DNA of 64,000 nucleotides from Octopus sinensis. Taxonomy: Eukaryota. The position numbers were made by a program, and so were the translations under genes. Below are positions 25,153 to 40,020 of the stretch, one piece after another; within the stretch, counting starts at the first letter, position 1, and the number at the start of each line of letters is the position of its first letter. Location: contig NC_043001.1 of NCBI RefSeq assembly GCF_006345805.1, positions 37,758,001 through 37,822,000 on the forward strand, written 5' to 3'. The notes under the pieces were generated by a model that saw only the letters and a list, made by a program, of their open reading frames with translations, ran no database searches and was not told the DNA's origin.

Positions 25153-25949
25153 TATATATCATCATCGGTTTAATATTTACTTTTCTATGCTCACATGGGT
25201 TACATGGAATTGGGTGAGGTGGATATTCTATGCCTGGATCCCCTTCTTGTTGCCAACCCTCACTTATTTCCAAGTAAGGCCATATTTCCTCAAAACCAGA
25301 TATGCTTTCACAGAAGACTGGTAATGAAGAACACCACTTTCATGATAATGTTCTTCATTTTATAATATCATGTGAAGTCAAGATAAGGGGACAAGTAACA
25401 TATGCACACAGGTATGTGTGTGTGTGAATATGTATATATATGTATATACATATACATACATATATACATATATGTATATATATACCATAAATCCTCGAGT
25501 ATAGTCTGCCTTTGAGTATAATATGCAAGGGATTTTTAGGGGCCTGTACCTCTGAAAAACTTAAATCTTGTGTATAATACACACCCCTTCTCTAACTTGA
25601 GTCAAGGAGGTCTATATAACGTCCTTGGTTTGTAAAAATGTATACGGTAATGTCCTTTATTATTATTGTATATATAACATAATGCAAATGTGTAACCTTT
25701 TTGTGCATTTTGTTTGCAGAAAATAAAGAAATAACAGTAATAACATTTAATAAATATTGCTAACTGCAAGTTATGGATGATTTAAGGTATTTTCGCACCC
25801 GACATCACAAAACATTGCCGGACAGTACATAGAGACTTGGACATTGCTTAGAAAATAATTTTCATTTTTAACCTCGTATATAGTATGCACTAGGGATTTT
25901 GACCTTTAAATTTTGGGGAAAAAATGCGGATTATGCTCGAGGATTTACG

Positions 25950-25982
<33 letters not shown>

Positions 25983-26384
25983 CATACTAGCAGAAATATC
26001 CAGCATTGCTCACTGGTCTCAACTGCTAGTAGCTGAGATACTGACTTTCTACATTAATAACTCTCCGGCCCATGCCAGCATGGAACATAGACGTTAAGTG
26101 AAATGTTAAAAGAAAGTTTTCAACTCATCTATGTATATAAAGTAAATCTATTTAAGTGGAATGTTACACTGAGAAAGGAAATGAATTGGTTTATAATTCT
26201 AATCCAGAAATGCATCCGTAACTAACCCTAGACTTTGTTTTCATTATTTTTTCCTTCTGTTTTACATATGTGAATTACATGGATATATTGTATGTGGAGT
26301 CTTATTTGTAGAAAATAGAAATAAACAGACTTTGCTATTTCTGATTTTTCGGTATGTGGCTAAGCAACCTGTTGCCTGCCCCTT

Positions 26385-26444
<60 letters not shown>

Positions 26445-27117
26445 ATCCAAACAAGAAAGCACAAAAAAACACAACAACGCGAGGATGTGGAACAAATATA
26501 CTATTATTGGACGCTCAGGAAAGAAGGAAAGAAAGAGGGTTTAATGTTTCAAGCGGAGCTCTTCGTCGGAAACATAGGAGAAGGAAAGATCCAGAGAAGG
26601 GAAGACAGAGGAAAAAAAAATCGCCAACGGTACACATGAGGTACAGCTATATATATATAGCTGTTGGTTTTATTAACTGTGTGAAGAGGAGGAGAGTTAT
26701 ATTTTTTTTTTAAATTGAAATTTTACGAAATTTTTTTTTTCAGAATCATTAATCTCCATATTTTTCTATGTATTTTGCAAAAAAACCAAAAAAATTCTGA
26801 AAAAAAGGAAATTGAAGAATTTGGTAGGGGTGGTGAAATTAAAATTTGAAAATGATTTTTTTTTGCAGAATCAGAACCTCCGTACTTGAAAATAGGGGAT
26901 TCTGCAAAAAAAACAAAGTGGGTGCAGTCCACATTCTTTACATCCACTCCGCCTTTAGTCAAACAAATTGACTCTAGGACTTATTCTTTGTAAGCCTTGT
27001 ACCTATTCTATTGGTATCTTTTGTTGAACTGCTGAGTTACAGGGATGTAAACACAGCAACATCGGTTGTCAAGTGATGGTGGGGAGACAAACAAAGACAC
27101 ACACACACACACACATG

Positions 27118-27153
<36 letters not shown>

Positions 27154-28635
27154 GGGCTTCGTTCAGTTTCCATCTACCAAATCCACTCACAAGGCTTTGG
27201 TCGACATGCATTGAATTAGTGCTCAGACTGGTTAGATTCTTAAACTACAATTTTGTAATCAGGATAAAATCATCATCATCATCATCGCTTAACGTCTGCT
27301 TTCCATCCTAGCATGGGTTGGATGATTTTGACTGAGGGCTGGCAAACCAGATGGCTGCACCATCTTGATCTAGCAGAGTTTCTACAGCTGGATACCCTTC
27401 CTAATGCCAACCACTCCAAGAGTGTAGTGAGTGCTTTTTATGTGCCACGAGCACGGTCGCCAGTCAGGTGGTACTGGCAACGACCTCGCTCGAATCTTTT
27501 TACATGTGCCACCAGCACAGGTGAGAGTGAAGCAACGTTGGTAACGATCATGCTCATGGTCTAGCAAAACATGTTCATTCAGGCTATGTAATAGCTATAG
27601 AAATACATAGCTTGAGTGAGCAATAAATTGACAAAAGATGAACCCAAGAGTTATAGATGTCAGTACTTCATTTACATGAGATGTTACATATATATAAGTC
27701 ACATGATAAAAATACAATCTTTACAACTGTTTCAAAGATCCAGCTACTGGATCTTGAAGATATTCACACATGAAGCTTCATGTGTGGTGATTATATTTTT
27801 GCTAATCTGCAGTGTATAATTATTACCTCATTATATATGCCTGATTGCATAAAATACATTATAGCATCAATTAGTCATCCAATCTTTGCAATACCTGGAA
27901 ATGGCTATCTTCTTCTTGTAACTAGATTATGTATATGTGAACATCTCATTAAAATTAATTACTGCTGCCTATAATTGTTAGTCTACCTTTTGTCTTTATG
28001 TTTGTGAGTGTGTGATGAGAGAGATATACATACACACACGCACACATATGCAATTTGCAAGCAGCTGTACCCAGCTTTGCCTTCGTTTATTAATACCTAA
28101 AATAAACTCAGTCACATTAATAAATATCTATAAAGTTGAAATGCGAAAAGATTGTTTGTCTCATTTTGCGATTGGAATGGGTTAAGGGGCACTAGACGGG
28201 GTCGGATTGGCTCCGAAATTTACAGGGACATGTAAAAAGAGGTGAGGAAGTAAGTGGACTAGGTTAAAAACCCCTATCTCAAAAGCTGTGGTTACTAGGG
28301 CAACAAAATCCACACATTGATAAGTGTTTGTTGTTTCTCTCTTTCGCATATCACCCTCTCTTCCTCCATCTCTCTCTTTCCTTCCTTCCCTCCAATTTCT
28401 CTCTATAATGACGTTTGACAGCTTTGCCATCTCTCTGTCACTCTTTCCTCCACCACCTCTCTCACTGTACGTCTGCTTGTATCTATAGAGAGAAAGCGTT
28501 GACAGCTGCAAATGTTTAAATATTCCCACTACAGGTCTTTTAGAATGGTGAATTATTACGTTGATACAAATTGGATTTTTATGTGAAAAGGAGTCTAAAT
28601 GGGGCTGGAAGGGGATTAAAATTTACAGGAGGGGA

Positions 28636-28925
28636 TGTTTAGGAATTCTCTGTTACATCAAGCTAAAAAATTTGCGCCAGCCTTTAAATTGTCAATGTGT
28701 TGCCGTCCATCATGAAGAAGTTTTGAATGCCTGCTATGGTGAGTCAACTGTCATGAGAAAGAATCACTTCAAAACTTGGTGTTTAGGAATTTTCTTTTAC
28801 ATCAAGTTCAGAATTTTGCACCATTAAACTGCCAGTACGTTGCTGTCTATCGTTAAGAAGTTTTGAATGCCAGCCATGGTGAGTCTACTATCCTCAGATT
28901 CTATCCCTTCAAATTTTGGTTTTCA
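28636..28925. repeat. two ~144-bp tandem units in an unclassified element
   Basis: tgtttaggaatt...aagaagttttgaatgcc...atggtgagtc recurs at 28636 and 28780. Confidence 0.7.
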
Positions 28926-30944
28926 ATATTTCTAAAATTTTTATTCAGCTCGCAAGTTCGCCTGTCCCTTTTAAATGTTAGTGTTTTGCTCTCCTCCTTG
29001 AAGCAGACCTTTCCGTTGTCACTGCCTGATATTTATGATTGATCTTTCAAAAAATTTTCTTTCTCAACTTACTCAAGATCTTTTGTTCTTTATAAATGGG
29101 AGAGAGATAGCTAGAGAAAGATAGAGAGTAAGAGAAAGTGAGAGAGAGTCCAAGAGAAAGGAAGAGTAAGAGAGTGGGAAAGTGAGAGAGATTGTGGCGA
29201 TAAGAAACAGAAAGTAACAACCACACCCTCACCCAGCTAGTTTACTATATATTTTAGATAATTTGCTTCAGAAAGATGCTAATAATCTTCAGTTGATCTG
29301 ATAATGTTTACTCACACAGAATAATTGCTTCAAAGAAGATGGTTCATGCGGGACTTCATATCAAAAAAATTAACAAACAATTATACTCCCTAGAATAAAA
29401 TTTTGCTCATACATATTTTATATTTTCTGTGAAAACATTTATTTAAAAGATTTTTTTTTTTTCAAAAACTGCACTAATTTACATAATTATTCTAGATCAG
29501 TGGCTCTTAACCTGGGTAGTAGCATCCACTTAACAGAAATAAAATATTCAAATGAACTCATAGTTATATTTCAAATACCCTTTTTAAAAAATATTTGATA
29601 GAATAGAATATTAATAGGACATTGTGTTATTGATGACTGAGGATGCACCAATGTCCAATGTTCACAATTTGCTTCTTTTAGATCTGAAATCAATAAACAT
29701 AGTTTCTTAATTTTAGTTAAAAAGTATAAATGTTTTTGTATTATTTAGTGCAGTGAGTTTGCAGAATTCTTAGCACACTGAACAAAATGTTTAGCATTTC
29801 TGAATTCTAATTGCTGGTGAGGTCAGTTTTGCCTTTCATCATTTTGGGATTGATAAAATAAGTACCAGTCAAGGGATGGGGTTGATAAAATTGACAAATT
29901 CCCTCTCCCAAACTTTTAGGTCTTGTGCCATTAATAAAAAGGATAATTTCTTAACTTTAGGGCAGGGAGCTGGTAGTATTGTTACTGTGCCAGAGAAAAT
30001 TCTTAGTGGCAGTTCTTCTAACTTTGCGTTCAAATTCTACTGCGGTCAAGTTTGCTTTTCATCTTTTTAGGGGCCAATAAAATGAGTACCAGTCAAGCAT
30101 TGGGGTTGATGTAAACAACTCATTCTGTCTCTCAAAATTTCAGGCCTTGTATTTTTCATAGAAAGAATTATTACTTTATAATGGAAGGAAGGTTTTTATG
30201 ATACTTTTGGGAGTATCGTCTTCCATTATAATTATTCTGTTGATTCGAGAAGCTGGAAATGAAAAGAATGAAGTTCTCAGGCAGAGTAAATTCAATAACT
30301 GTTTATTCACAGATGCTTCATATAAGGGGTTTGCTTTCAGTAACAATCTTCACAGCAGTGTGTAGTTAGCCTTCTCTCCCATACACATGAGGTTCAATAA
30401 CCTCTGGAGACAATGCATGTGGTATCACAGCAGGACAAAAGTCTGCTTTGAACTCCTGGCTTCAAAGTTTTGCTTTGAAGAAATGAGAGGAAAAATGTTG
30501 TCTTTTCCTTAAATAATGGTTGCAGGTGAGATCTCGTTTTTGTCTTGCATATGGCAATGGTTGCAGGTGAGATCTTGCTGTTTCAAAATGGCACTCGCTT
30601 CTTTGTGCCTCACTACAACTTCAATTTAAATTTTCAACACTATTTTTAGATACTATTCTTTCATATTATATACCTTTATTATTAATCAAGTATTGATTTC
30701 CATATAATTTGTAGCAGAGGTGATTTACACTGTTATTATGTGAGATGTTTTCATTTTAACTCATCTAGGCTTAAATACCTGTAAAACAGCTCCACAAGCT
30801 CTTTTTGTTCCAGTGATTACATAACCTCATGATTAAACGAACCTGTTGTTTGTATTGGTCAGCTTCCAGCTATCCAATCGCATTGGTGAAACAGTTTATT
30901 TTTCCTTACACAGGAAATTAATCACCAGATAAGTAGGACAGGGC

Positions 30945-32160
30945 TGTACAAGCCATGCTGTCAGTAAGGTGAGTATAGCAATGAATGAATTCAGGGTAGA
31001 AGTAGGGGTTCACCAGGGATCAGTCCTCAGCCCCCTCTTGTTTATCATGTCTTTCAGGCAATAACAGAGGAATTTAAGATGGGCTGCCCTGGGAGCTCCT
31101 CTATACTGATGACCTTGTTCTTATAACTGAATTACTACCAGAACTAGAGGAGAAGTTTCAAGTGTGGAAGCAAGGTCTAGAATCGAAGGTTAACCTAGCA
31201 AAAGAACAAAGTTTTATTAAGTAGGAAAGTAGACAAATCACAGATCCCTTCAGGGAGATGGCCCTACTCAATCTGTAGGAAAGGTGTAGGCAGAAATTTC
31301 ATAAGATGTACCCAGCGCAAGCTATCAATACATAAGAGGTGCATCAATATCAGGGGGAGGTTAACTGAGAAAATAAGTTTTGTGTGAAAGGTGCACAGGT
31401 ACAATAAAAAATAAAAATGTACATAAAACAGACTCTATCAAATGCCAGGTGGGTAAGCTAGAAGTAGTTGATAGCTTCCATTATCTAGGTGACCAAGTCA
31501 GTAGCAAAGGTGGATGCTCTGAGAGCATAGCTACAAGAATCAGAATAGGCTGGGAAAAGTTCAAAGAGCTCCTACCTCTGTTGGCAACAAAGGGCATCAA
31601 ATATGGTGTGTAAGAGAAATGACTGTGCTGGTATGGTCATGTGATGCATATGGACGAGGACAGTTGTGTAAAAAAGTGCCTATCCCTAACTCTGGAGGGA
31701 ACCTGTGGAAGAGCTAGACTCAAGAAGACATGGGATGAGATGGTGAAGCATGATCTTTGAACTTTGAGCCTCACAGAGGTAATGACTAGTGACCAAGACT
31801 TTTGGCGATAAGCTGTACTTGAGAAGACCCATCAAGCTAAGTGAATTGTAGTCATGGCTGATGCCAATGTCATATAACTGGTACCCATACCAGTGACATG
31901 TAAAAAGCACCTTTTGAGTGTTAGGCCTCACGGAGGCATTGTGACCATTGCCAGTGTTGTGTACCTGGCACCTGTACTGGTGACATGTAAAAAGCACCTG
32001 TCAAGCGTGGAACCTCATAGAATCAATGACAAATGACTGAGACCTTTGGCAATATGCTGTGCTTGAGAAGACGACCCATCAGACCAAGTGAAATTGTAGT
32101 CGTGGCAGATACTGGTGTCACGCAACTGGCACCTGTGCTGGTGACGCATAAAAGCACCCA
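30945..32160 (+). mobile_element. RTE LINE 3' portion (RT to 3'UTR)
   Basis: GVHQGSVLSP, LLYTDDLVL, RWPYSICRKG, FHYLGDQVS, RIRIGWEKFKELLPLL, then 3'UTR subrepeats. Confidence 0.85.
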
Positions 32161-33021
32161 TATCAATTATTAAATATTCTCGTGTGAACATCTTTAATTA
32201 TTTTACATTTGTTTCTTTCATCTTAAAGGTAATCAAAATATTGATATTTGTTATCTTATACCTTAACTTACAAGTACTGAAACTACTTATCTTAAAAGAA
32301 GCCGAATACTGGTTTTTTTTTAATCTTAAAAGTAGACAAACACTAATATTTTAAAATCTTAAATGGTAACTAAACATGATAATAACAACACCAATAATTA
32401 TTTCTACTCTAGGCACAAGGCCTTGAAAATTTTGGGGGAAGGGGGCTAGTCAATTATATTGACCCCAGTGCATAACTGGCAAAGTTGACCTCAGCGGAAT
32501 TTGAACTCAGTACGTAGCAGCAGATGAAATACTACTAAGCATTTCACCTGGTGTGCTAACAATTCTGCCAGCTTGCCGCCTTCACAACACCAATAATATA
32601 GCTGAAACTATTTTGTTTAAAGTTTTGTTTGAAGCAGTTCTTTGTTCTAATTGATATATTTATGTGCACTAATTTCCATAAATTTTTAACATAGGAGGCA
32701 CTAATGTACCCAATATGTAAAATGAGGTCCGGGGTGGATGGGATATTGTAAGAAAATCATCATCATCATTTTGTTGTCTACTTCTCCATACTTGCATGGG
32801 TCAGACGAAATTTATTGTGACAGATTTTTGTACTGCAGAATGTCTTTCCTGTTACCACCTCATACTTGTTTCCAAGTAAATCATATTTCCCCCATTCCAA
32901 ATGTGTTTGCATTGAAGAGGAAATGAATGATACTGGTTATATGACAATGACACATATATAAATATCATGCTATGTCAAGACAAAGGGACACCCCCTGCAC
33001 ACACAACACACATACAAGCAT

Positions 33022-33097
<76 letters not shown>

Positions 33098-33687
33098 CCA
33101 TACAGTTGGCTTCTTTCAATTTCTGTCTACAAGATCCACTCACAAGGTCTTGATTGACTCAAGGTTATAGTGGAAGACACTTTCCTAATGTGTTGTTGCA
33201 TGGTGGGACTGAACTTGAACCATATGGCTTGAAAGCAAACTTCTATGCCACACAACTATGACTGTAGCTAAGGATAATAATACACCATTAAACATTAGCT
33301 TTTGTATAATTAAAATAATTTGTTCTAACAAGTAATGGACATTCTTGTTATTGTGTCAATTACAACATATGCTGCACATTGGGCAGGTAACTTATGCCTT
33401 GTTAGTTAATTCAGTAGACAGAAACTGTATTACACATGTTATATATGAAACCATGCACCACAAAATGAGGTGCAAGCGTGGCTAGGCACAGGTGTGGTTA
33501 GCAACAAGCATGGCTAGGTGCAGGCATGGCTGTGTAGTAAAAAGTTTTCTTTCCAACTACATGGTTCTGGGTTCAGTCCCATTGCATGGTGCCTTGGGTA
33601 AGTGTCCCATTGCATAGCACCTTGAGCAAGCCTTGTGACTGGATTTGGTAGAGAAAAATTGAAAGAAGCCTGTTGTTTATATATGTA

Positions 33688-35274
33688 CAGTGGCGTCATT
33701 TAATTTAAGAACACTAGTATACTAATGTTAAATTGGCATTTTTTATACATTCAAGTTGTAAATTGAGAATTAAGATGTATATCAAAATAAAGAAAATTTC
33801 ATGAACTTCACAGCATAACATCAACATATCAATTTTAAATTAAAAATAAATCTTAATTATCGCAATTTATAGTGCTATTTAATTTAAGAATGATTTGTAA
33901 AACTTCATGTTTTTGCTATAAAAAGTTTATTCTGAGATCAACAAAAAACAATAAGCTCACACAATCAGTATTTGGTTGGTTATCCAAAATTACTTAATGC
34001 AGCATTGCATCTGCGAAACATAGAATTGTTCAGATCATTTATCACTGTTTCTAAGATTTTTTCCTAATTTTGGCTAATAATGTTTAAAAAAATCATCCTT
34101 ATTCTTGGCTTACTATTTGCACAACTCCACCCAACCTTTCCCAAAGATTTTCAATGGGATTTAGGTCGGGCAAATGCACTAGCCACTGCATCAGCCAAAC
34201 TCTCTTAGACCTAATGTAATCTCTGACTAGGTACAAGGTGTGTTTTGGGTTGTTGTCATGCTGGAAAGCCTAAGATTGGCTCAAATGCTTTCAGTTGTTT
34301 GGAAGTATAATCTTATCCAATATTTCTAGATAGGACTTACTATCCATAATGCCCTTGATTCAGATTATAAGACTGATGCCTTTTCCAGACATGCACCTCC
34401 CACACTACCATACTTCCACCACTGTGCTTAATTATAGGTTGGATGCATTCTGGATGATATTCTTTGCCTATATGCCTTCTTACATACTTCTTGCCATCAC
34501 TGTTGAACAAGTTAAGCTTTGACTTATCTGACCACAATACATTTAACCAATTCAAATGCTCTTTTGCAAACTGTATTCAGGCACATTGATTTTTTAGAGA
34601 AATATATGTCTTTTGCAAGAGATTCTTCCTAGAAGTCCAAATTCTTTGAGATGATGATAAAGACACTCCAATGATAAGTCCATATTTTTGCCTAATTTCT
34701 TTTAAAATGTCAATAGTGGTCATTTTTCATTTTACTAGGGATAATCTATGAATGTATCTATCCATTCTTGCCATTGTTTTTCTTGGCTGCCCAGGTTGAG
34801 AGCAGTCTTTATAATCATCAGTCTCTTTATAAAGATGGACAGCATTATAGACAGCTGTTTTAGAGCATCCAACTTTGTTTGAAGTAGCTTTATATGACCA
34901 TGTCAGCCTACTAAGCTGAATGATCCTCGCTCTCTGGTTTCTGGTGTTAAGTTTTGTCTCTTACCCATCACAACTATTAAGTAACTTAAAAATTGTAACA
35001 ACATGCAAATTACCATATCTTTATATTAGTCAATAAAGCAAAAAAATGAAATTTTGCAAATTGTTCGTAAATTAAGTGGTGCCATAAATTACACAAAATA
35101 AAGTTAATTTTTAATTTAAAGTTAATATGTTAATGTTATGCTGTAAAGTTGAATACCATATTAAATTTTCTTTATTTTGATATACATCTTAGTTCACAAT
35201 TTAAAACTTGAATATATAAAAAATGCCATCTTAACATTAGTATACTAGCTTTCTTAAATTAAATGGTGCCACTG
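33688..35274 (-). mobile_element. Tc1 element with ~200-bp TIRs and decayed DD34E transposase
   Basis: TA|CAGTGGCG...GCCACTG termini; VLWSDKSKLNLF, QHDNNPKHT, PDLNPIENLW on minus strand. Confidence 0.9.
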
Positions 35275-35409
35275 TGTATATTTATGCATGTGTGTCTGTG
35301 TTTGTCTCCCCATCATTACTTGACAACTGATGTTGGTATGTTTATGTCCCTGTAACTTAACAGTTTGACAAAAGTGACTGAAAGTATAAGTATTAGGCTT
35401 ACAAAGAAT

Positions 35410-37390
35410 AAGTTAATCTCCATAGTTAGAAATTGGCACTTGTTTATGCAGCTTTCCTCATCCATATGCATCACATGACCATACCAATGCAGACTTCTCC
35501 CTTGCACACTACATCTGATGCCTTTTATGCCCAAGTTTTCTCGCAAGATGCTTACACTCTGTCGTATATGCACACTGATATTACCCATCCAGCTTCATTT
35601 CTTTCAAGCCTTCTCATATCTTCAGCAGTCACAGCCCATGTTTCATTGCCATGTTGCATGGCTGTTTGCTCACGGGCATTGCACAATCTGCCTTTCACTC
35701 TGAGAGAGGGGCACTTTATTACCAACAAAGACAGAAGCTCTCTGAACTTTATCCAGCATATTCTTATTCTAGTAGTTACACTCTCAGACCATCCATCTCC
35801 ACTGCTGACTTGGTCACTCAGATAACAAAAGGTACCTACTACTTCTGAGTATCCCCACTGACATTTGATAAAGTCTATTTTCTGTACATTTCTCATGATT
35901 ATTGTACCTATACCTCTGCCACATGCAATGATTACTTCCTCTGTTAACAGTGTTAACACTATACAAACAGCTGGTCCTGCTATCTCTAGTTTCTATATTG
36001 ACCACCAGATAAGGGAAGGTGAGATCACGTCAAAGGCTTTCTAATTGTACAGAAGTTTGTTTTTGGCTAAGTGCTACTCCTGCAGCTGCCTTGCCTGGAA
36101 TATAGCATTGGAGGTACTTCCTCCTAGCAGAAAACCAAACTGCATCTCATCTAGACTAGCTTTCTTCCTAATTACTTGAGCTATGACCCTCTGTAACTTT
36201 CATCACTTCATCCTTAACTTTCATCTTTTTGTCCAACAATTTGATACGTCTATAGTTATTTCTGTCTAAGGCACCCCCTTTACCTTTGTTGCAGTTGACT
36301 ATGGTGCTGCTACATTGGTCATTGGGAATAACTCATTCATATACACCCTGATTAACTATATGGGTGACTAAACCATAACTCACACCACCAAATATTTTAA
36401 GCGTCTCAGCAGTGATTCCAGATGGGTCAGAGACTTTCCCCATTTTCATATCCTTCATGGCTTTGTCTACCCAGCTATTGTCTATGCAAATAGCTGGTCC
36501 TTCTACTGGATCCACATTGGGTGAGGTTTACTTTTCTAATGAATTCTCTACTTTTAGCAGTCTTTCATTGTGGCACTTCCAAGCCTATTTCTTTGCAGAG
36601 TCACAAACTGCAAGCAAACCATCATCCATGCGAATGCACTTGTCTTCAACAACATCACAATTTTCCCTGACACACTATGTTACAGACCAAAACACTTCAA
36701 GCTGTTGGTCCTCATGCTTCAGAACATTGGCAAACTTCTTTCTTTCTGCTTCATCCCTGGCTCAATATACCTGCCTCCGAGCATCCCTTCTAGCTACCTG
36801 ATATATTTCCTTGTTACTGCTAACTCTTCCAGGCTGGTTTCTTTGCTATAATGGGCCTGTCAACTACACTGCTCCACCACCATGTCACTCAAGGTCTGGT
36901 TGGGACTTTGCAGCAGCTACAAATTTGCTCTGTAACTCCCAGTAAGTTGTCTCATAGGAACTTCCAGTTATTGTCTTTGTTACATGTCTATAACTCCTCC
37001 TCCTCCCCCATTCCTCCTCCTCCTCCTTAAATGCTTCCGTTAGGACATTTCTAAAGCTCTGACTACTCAATTGATCCTTAAGCTTCCAAATTTTTCTTTT
37101 ATAATCTGGCTAGCTTCTTGGAATATTTCTTGCCTGTAGTCTGAAGTTGCTAATGGCTAACCTCTGTTGAGGAGTACATTCTTCACCAGCAAAGGTCTTC
37201 ACATTTATGAGTAACTATGAATCTCACTTTCTGTGAGAATGTAATCAATCTGGTTAGTGTGGTTAAATAGTCATGAACCAACCATCAAACAAGCTTTCCG
37301 CCTAATGTACACACCCTCTTCCTATAGGTTTGAAAACTCCAGGGCTGCAACCATAAGCATAAGCCTGATGAAAAGTACATCTGATGGTAT
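35410..37390 (-). mobile_element. RTE LINE (EN tail, linker, RT), degraded
   Basis: QIDYIL (EN), MKMGKVSDPSGITAETLK, FCYLSDQVS, GNETWAVTAEDMRRLERNEA. Confidence 0.85.
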
Positions 37391-37394
37391 TATG

Positions 37395-37675
37395 GAAATA
37401 TTGGAATGGAGATGAATGGATGTGTGTTATGAGCAAAAGGTAAGGTGGAAATGATTCTCAGCCAAATTCCTCACAGGTGAGAGATAGCAATACAAATTCT
37501 TCTCGATTAGTAATAGCTATAGCAGGGGTGAAATAGGCTTGCTGTTAGCTGGAAATAGACACAAAAAGTAATTAAGGTAGTCAGTTTAGGATAATTAAGA
37601 TGAGATTAGCTGTAGGCAACTGAACATTGGCTGTTATATCTGTATATGCTCCACAGTCAAGATGTAGAATATATA
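37395..37675 (+). mobile_element. inverted 5' endonuclease segment of the adjacent RTE
   Basis: Plus-strand RIIKMRLAVG...LAVISVYAPQ (EN N-half), head-to-head with the minus-strand remainder. Confidence 0.7.
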
Positions 37676-38135
37676 TACATCTACATCTGTAACTGTTTTG
37701 TACAGATATGTACCCATTTTGTACTTTTTGAGATTTCATGGGCTGACTCCACTCTCTTGTATTCAATACCTTCTTCTCCCTCCATCATTCTCCTTCTCTT
37801 ATTGTACCATGTCAACCATTTAATGAAGGATAGCACTGGATTAGTCGTATTGAACCACTCTCTAATACTTTACACCTCTCTATCGCTCTCTTCCTCCCAT
37901 CACAACACCTATCTAATGACTGCATCAGATCTCATAAACTTCTTTATCATCCTTCTCAATTGCAAGCCACCATTCCCTCTCTCCAAGTTTCTTATTATTG
38001 ATATCTGTCACCCTCTCTCACTGACCATTTTTCTGATCCATGAAAGCATGGAGAAGAGAACATCGAAACAGCAACAATGGTAATGATAGTAGTGATGGGA
38101 ATGATGATGATGATCATCATGATGATGACGACGAC

Positions 38136-38195
38136 GATGCCACACCCACTGATGCCACACCCACTGATGCCACACCCACTGATGCCACACCCACT
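38136..38195. repeat. 15-bp minisatellite (GATGCCACACCCACT)x4 next to a (GAT)n tract
   Basis: Four perfect units read directly. Confidence 0.95.
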
Positions 38196-39109
38196 GCTGC
38201 TGCCAATGTTATTGATGACAATTTTCTTCTACTATCCCATCAAACATATACCTCTTTATTTTTAGATATTGTGTGAACGAGACACTCCATGTAAAAAATT
38301 TATGGAAATTACTAAAGGAGGCAAGGACTTATATACTGAAAATAGATTTAGATTTATATTATTAAGGAACATAAATGCATAATTTAGAACAAACAATAAC
38401 TTCACAATTAAAACTGTAAACAGAATACTGCTTGTTTTATAACAGCTGTTGTGAATATGTTTAATTACCATTTAGGATAAAGAAATATCAGTATTTGTCA
38501 ACTTTTAAGATAAAAAAAGGTGCAGTATTCATCTACTTTAAGATAAAAGAAAATCAATATTTGGCTACCTTTAAAATAAGTGGTTTCAGTATTTACAAGA
38601 TAAGGTATATTATAACATAACAAATATTTGTATTTGGTTACCGTTAAGATAAATACATAGATTAGGCTCTGTGGGTAGAGCATTAGGCTCACATTTATAA
38701 GGTAGTGAGTTCAATTCCCAGTCAGAGCCGTGTGTTGTGTTCTTGAGCAAGACACTTTATTTCATGTTGCTCCAGTTCACTCAGTTGTGGAAATAAGTTG
38801 CGATATTACTGGTACCAAGCTATATTGGCCTTTGTCTTTCCCTTGGATAACTTCAGTGGTCTTTTCTTTACTTTACCTTAAAGTGGCAAGCTGGCAGAAT
38901 CATCAGCATACCTGATGAAAAGCTTAGTGGCATTTTGTCCACCACTACTCTCTGAGTGTCAATTTGTTCTACTAAATTTCAAGGTGTTAATTTGTTCTAC
39001 TAAAACCCTTCAAGGCAGTGCCCCAGCATGGCCACGGTCAAATGACTGAAGTAAGTAAAAAAGAAATAAAAGATATTCCAGAAACAAACTCAAAAAGTTT
39101 TAAACGTAG

Positions 39110-40020
39110 ATTTTGAAACACAGTTAGCATAAACAAAACCTACAAATGACTTAAAGAGACATCTTACTGATACCAGTGCCTTAGCGGTCGGTGATATGTG
39201 CATTGCTGTTCATGAGCAGGAGTAGTTTGGAAGCATCATTGCCAACCTTCACCTTTGCTACTTACTTCACATCCGACTCATCAATCTCCTCCAAATCTCT
39301 TTTCCATTCCACTTGTTCCTCCACCATGCTTACATATGCTTCAAGTGTGGAAATACCTCCAATTGCTTCAAACCGACAAAGTCACTGACAATGCTCCTTC
39401 CATTACATTCAAACATTGTGCTCTAGAAGATGCCCTCATAATCACCAAGCTTTTTACTCTCTCATTTGTTATAAAGAAATACCCAGAAATTTTGGAAGCC
39501 TATTTCAGTATGTTCTGTTCCAAAGAAAGGCAATGCTTCTGACCCAACCAACTGTCTTTCAACTGCACTCATCTCTAAGTTACTCATCGATGATCATCTG
39601 TACAACTTTTGCAGAGCTTCTCTTTTGTGTCATTCACCAGTGGGCTGTTTCTTTAAAAACGTTTGTGAAAGCAATGTTGTTACCCCAGACATCAGTAAAT
39701 ATTTTGACCATGTCTGGTATGCAGATCACCTATCCAAACAACTTGCCTACAAGTTATATAACTCTCTCATCTTTTGGATCAATACATTCATATCAGATTA
39801 CATGATCATAGCATGTGTTGATGGGCCTCTTTTTGTTCCAAGATTTGGTTTTGTTCCCACTCTCTTCCTTCTATATATCAATAACATTTTTTGCCATCAC
39901 ATCTAATGACATTCACTCTTGTGCATATGATATAACCTTTCATTCCTCCCAAACTTTCCTCAAGTATACATCATCTACATGCAACCTAGACACTGCATAT
40001 CATCCTACATTGATTGTTAT
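39110..40020 (+). mobile_element. CR1/Jockey-like LINE RT remnant
   Basis: DISKYFDHVW (DISKAFDRVW), PTLFLLYINNI, IHSCAYDITFH (FADD region). Confidence 0.8.

Noticed and set aside
33335-33386. Possible signal-peptide exon MDILVIVSITTYAAHWA with CAG|GTAACT donor
   Set aside because: Weak hydrophobic core and no convincing downstream exon could be linked
38136-38195. CRISPR-like or coding (DATPT) repeat
   Set aside because: Contiguous 15-bp units without spacers, eukaryotic context, embedded in a microsatellite tract
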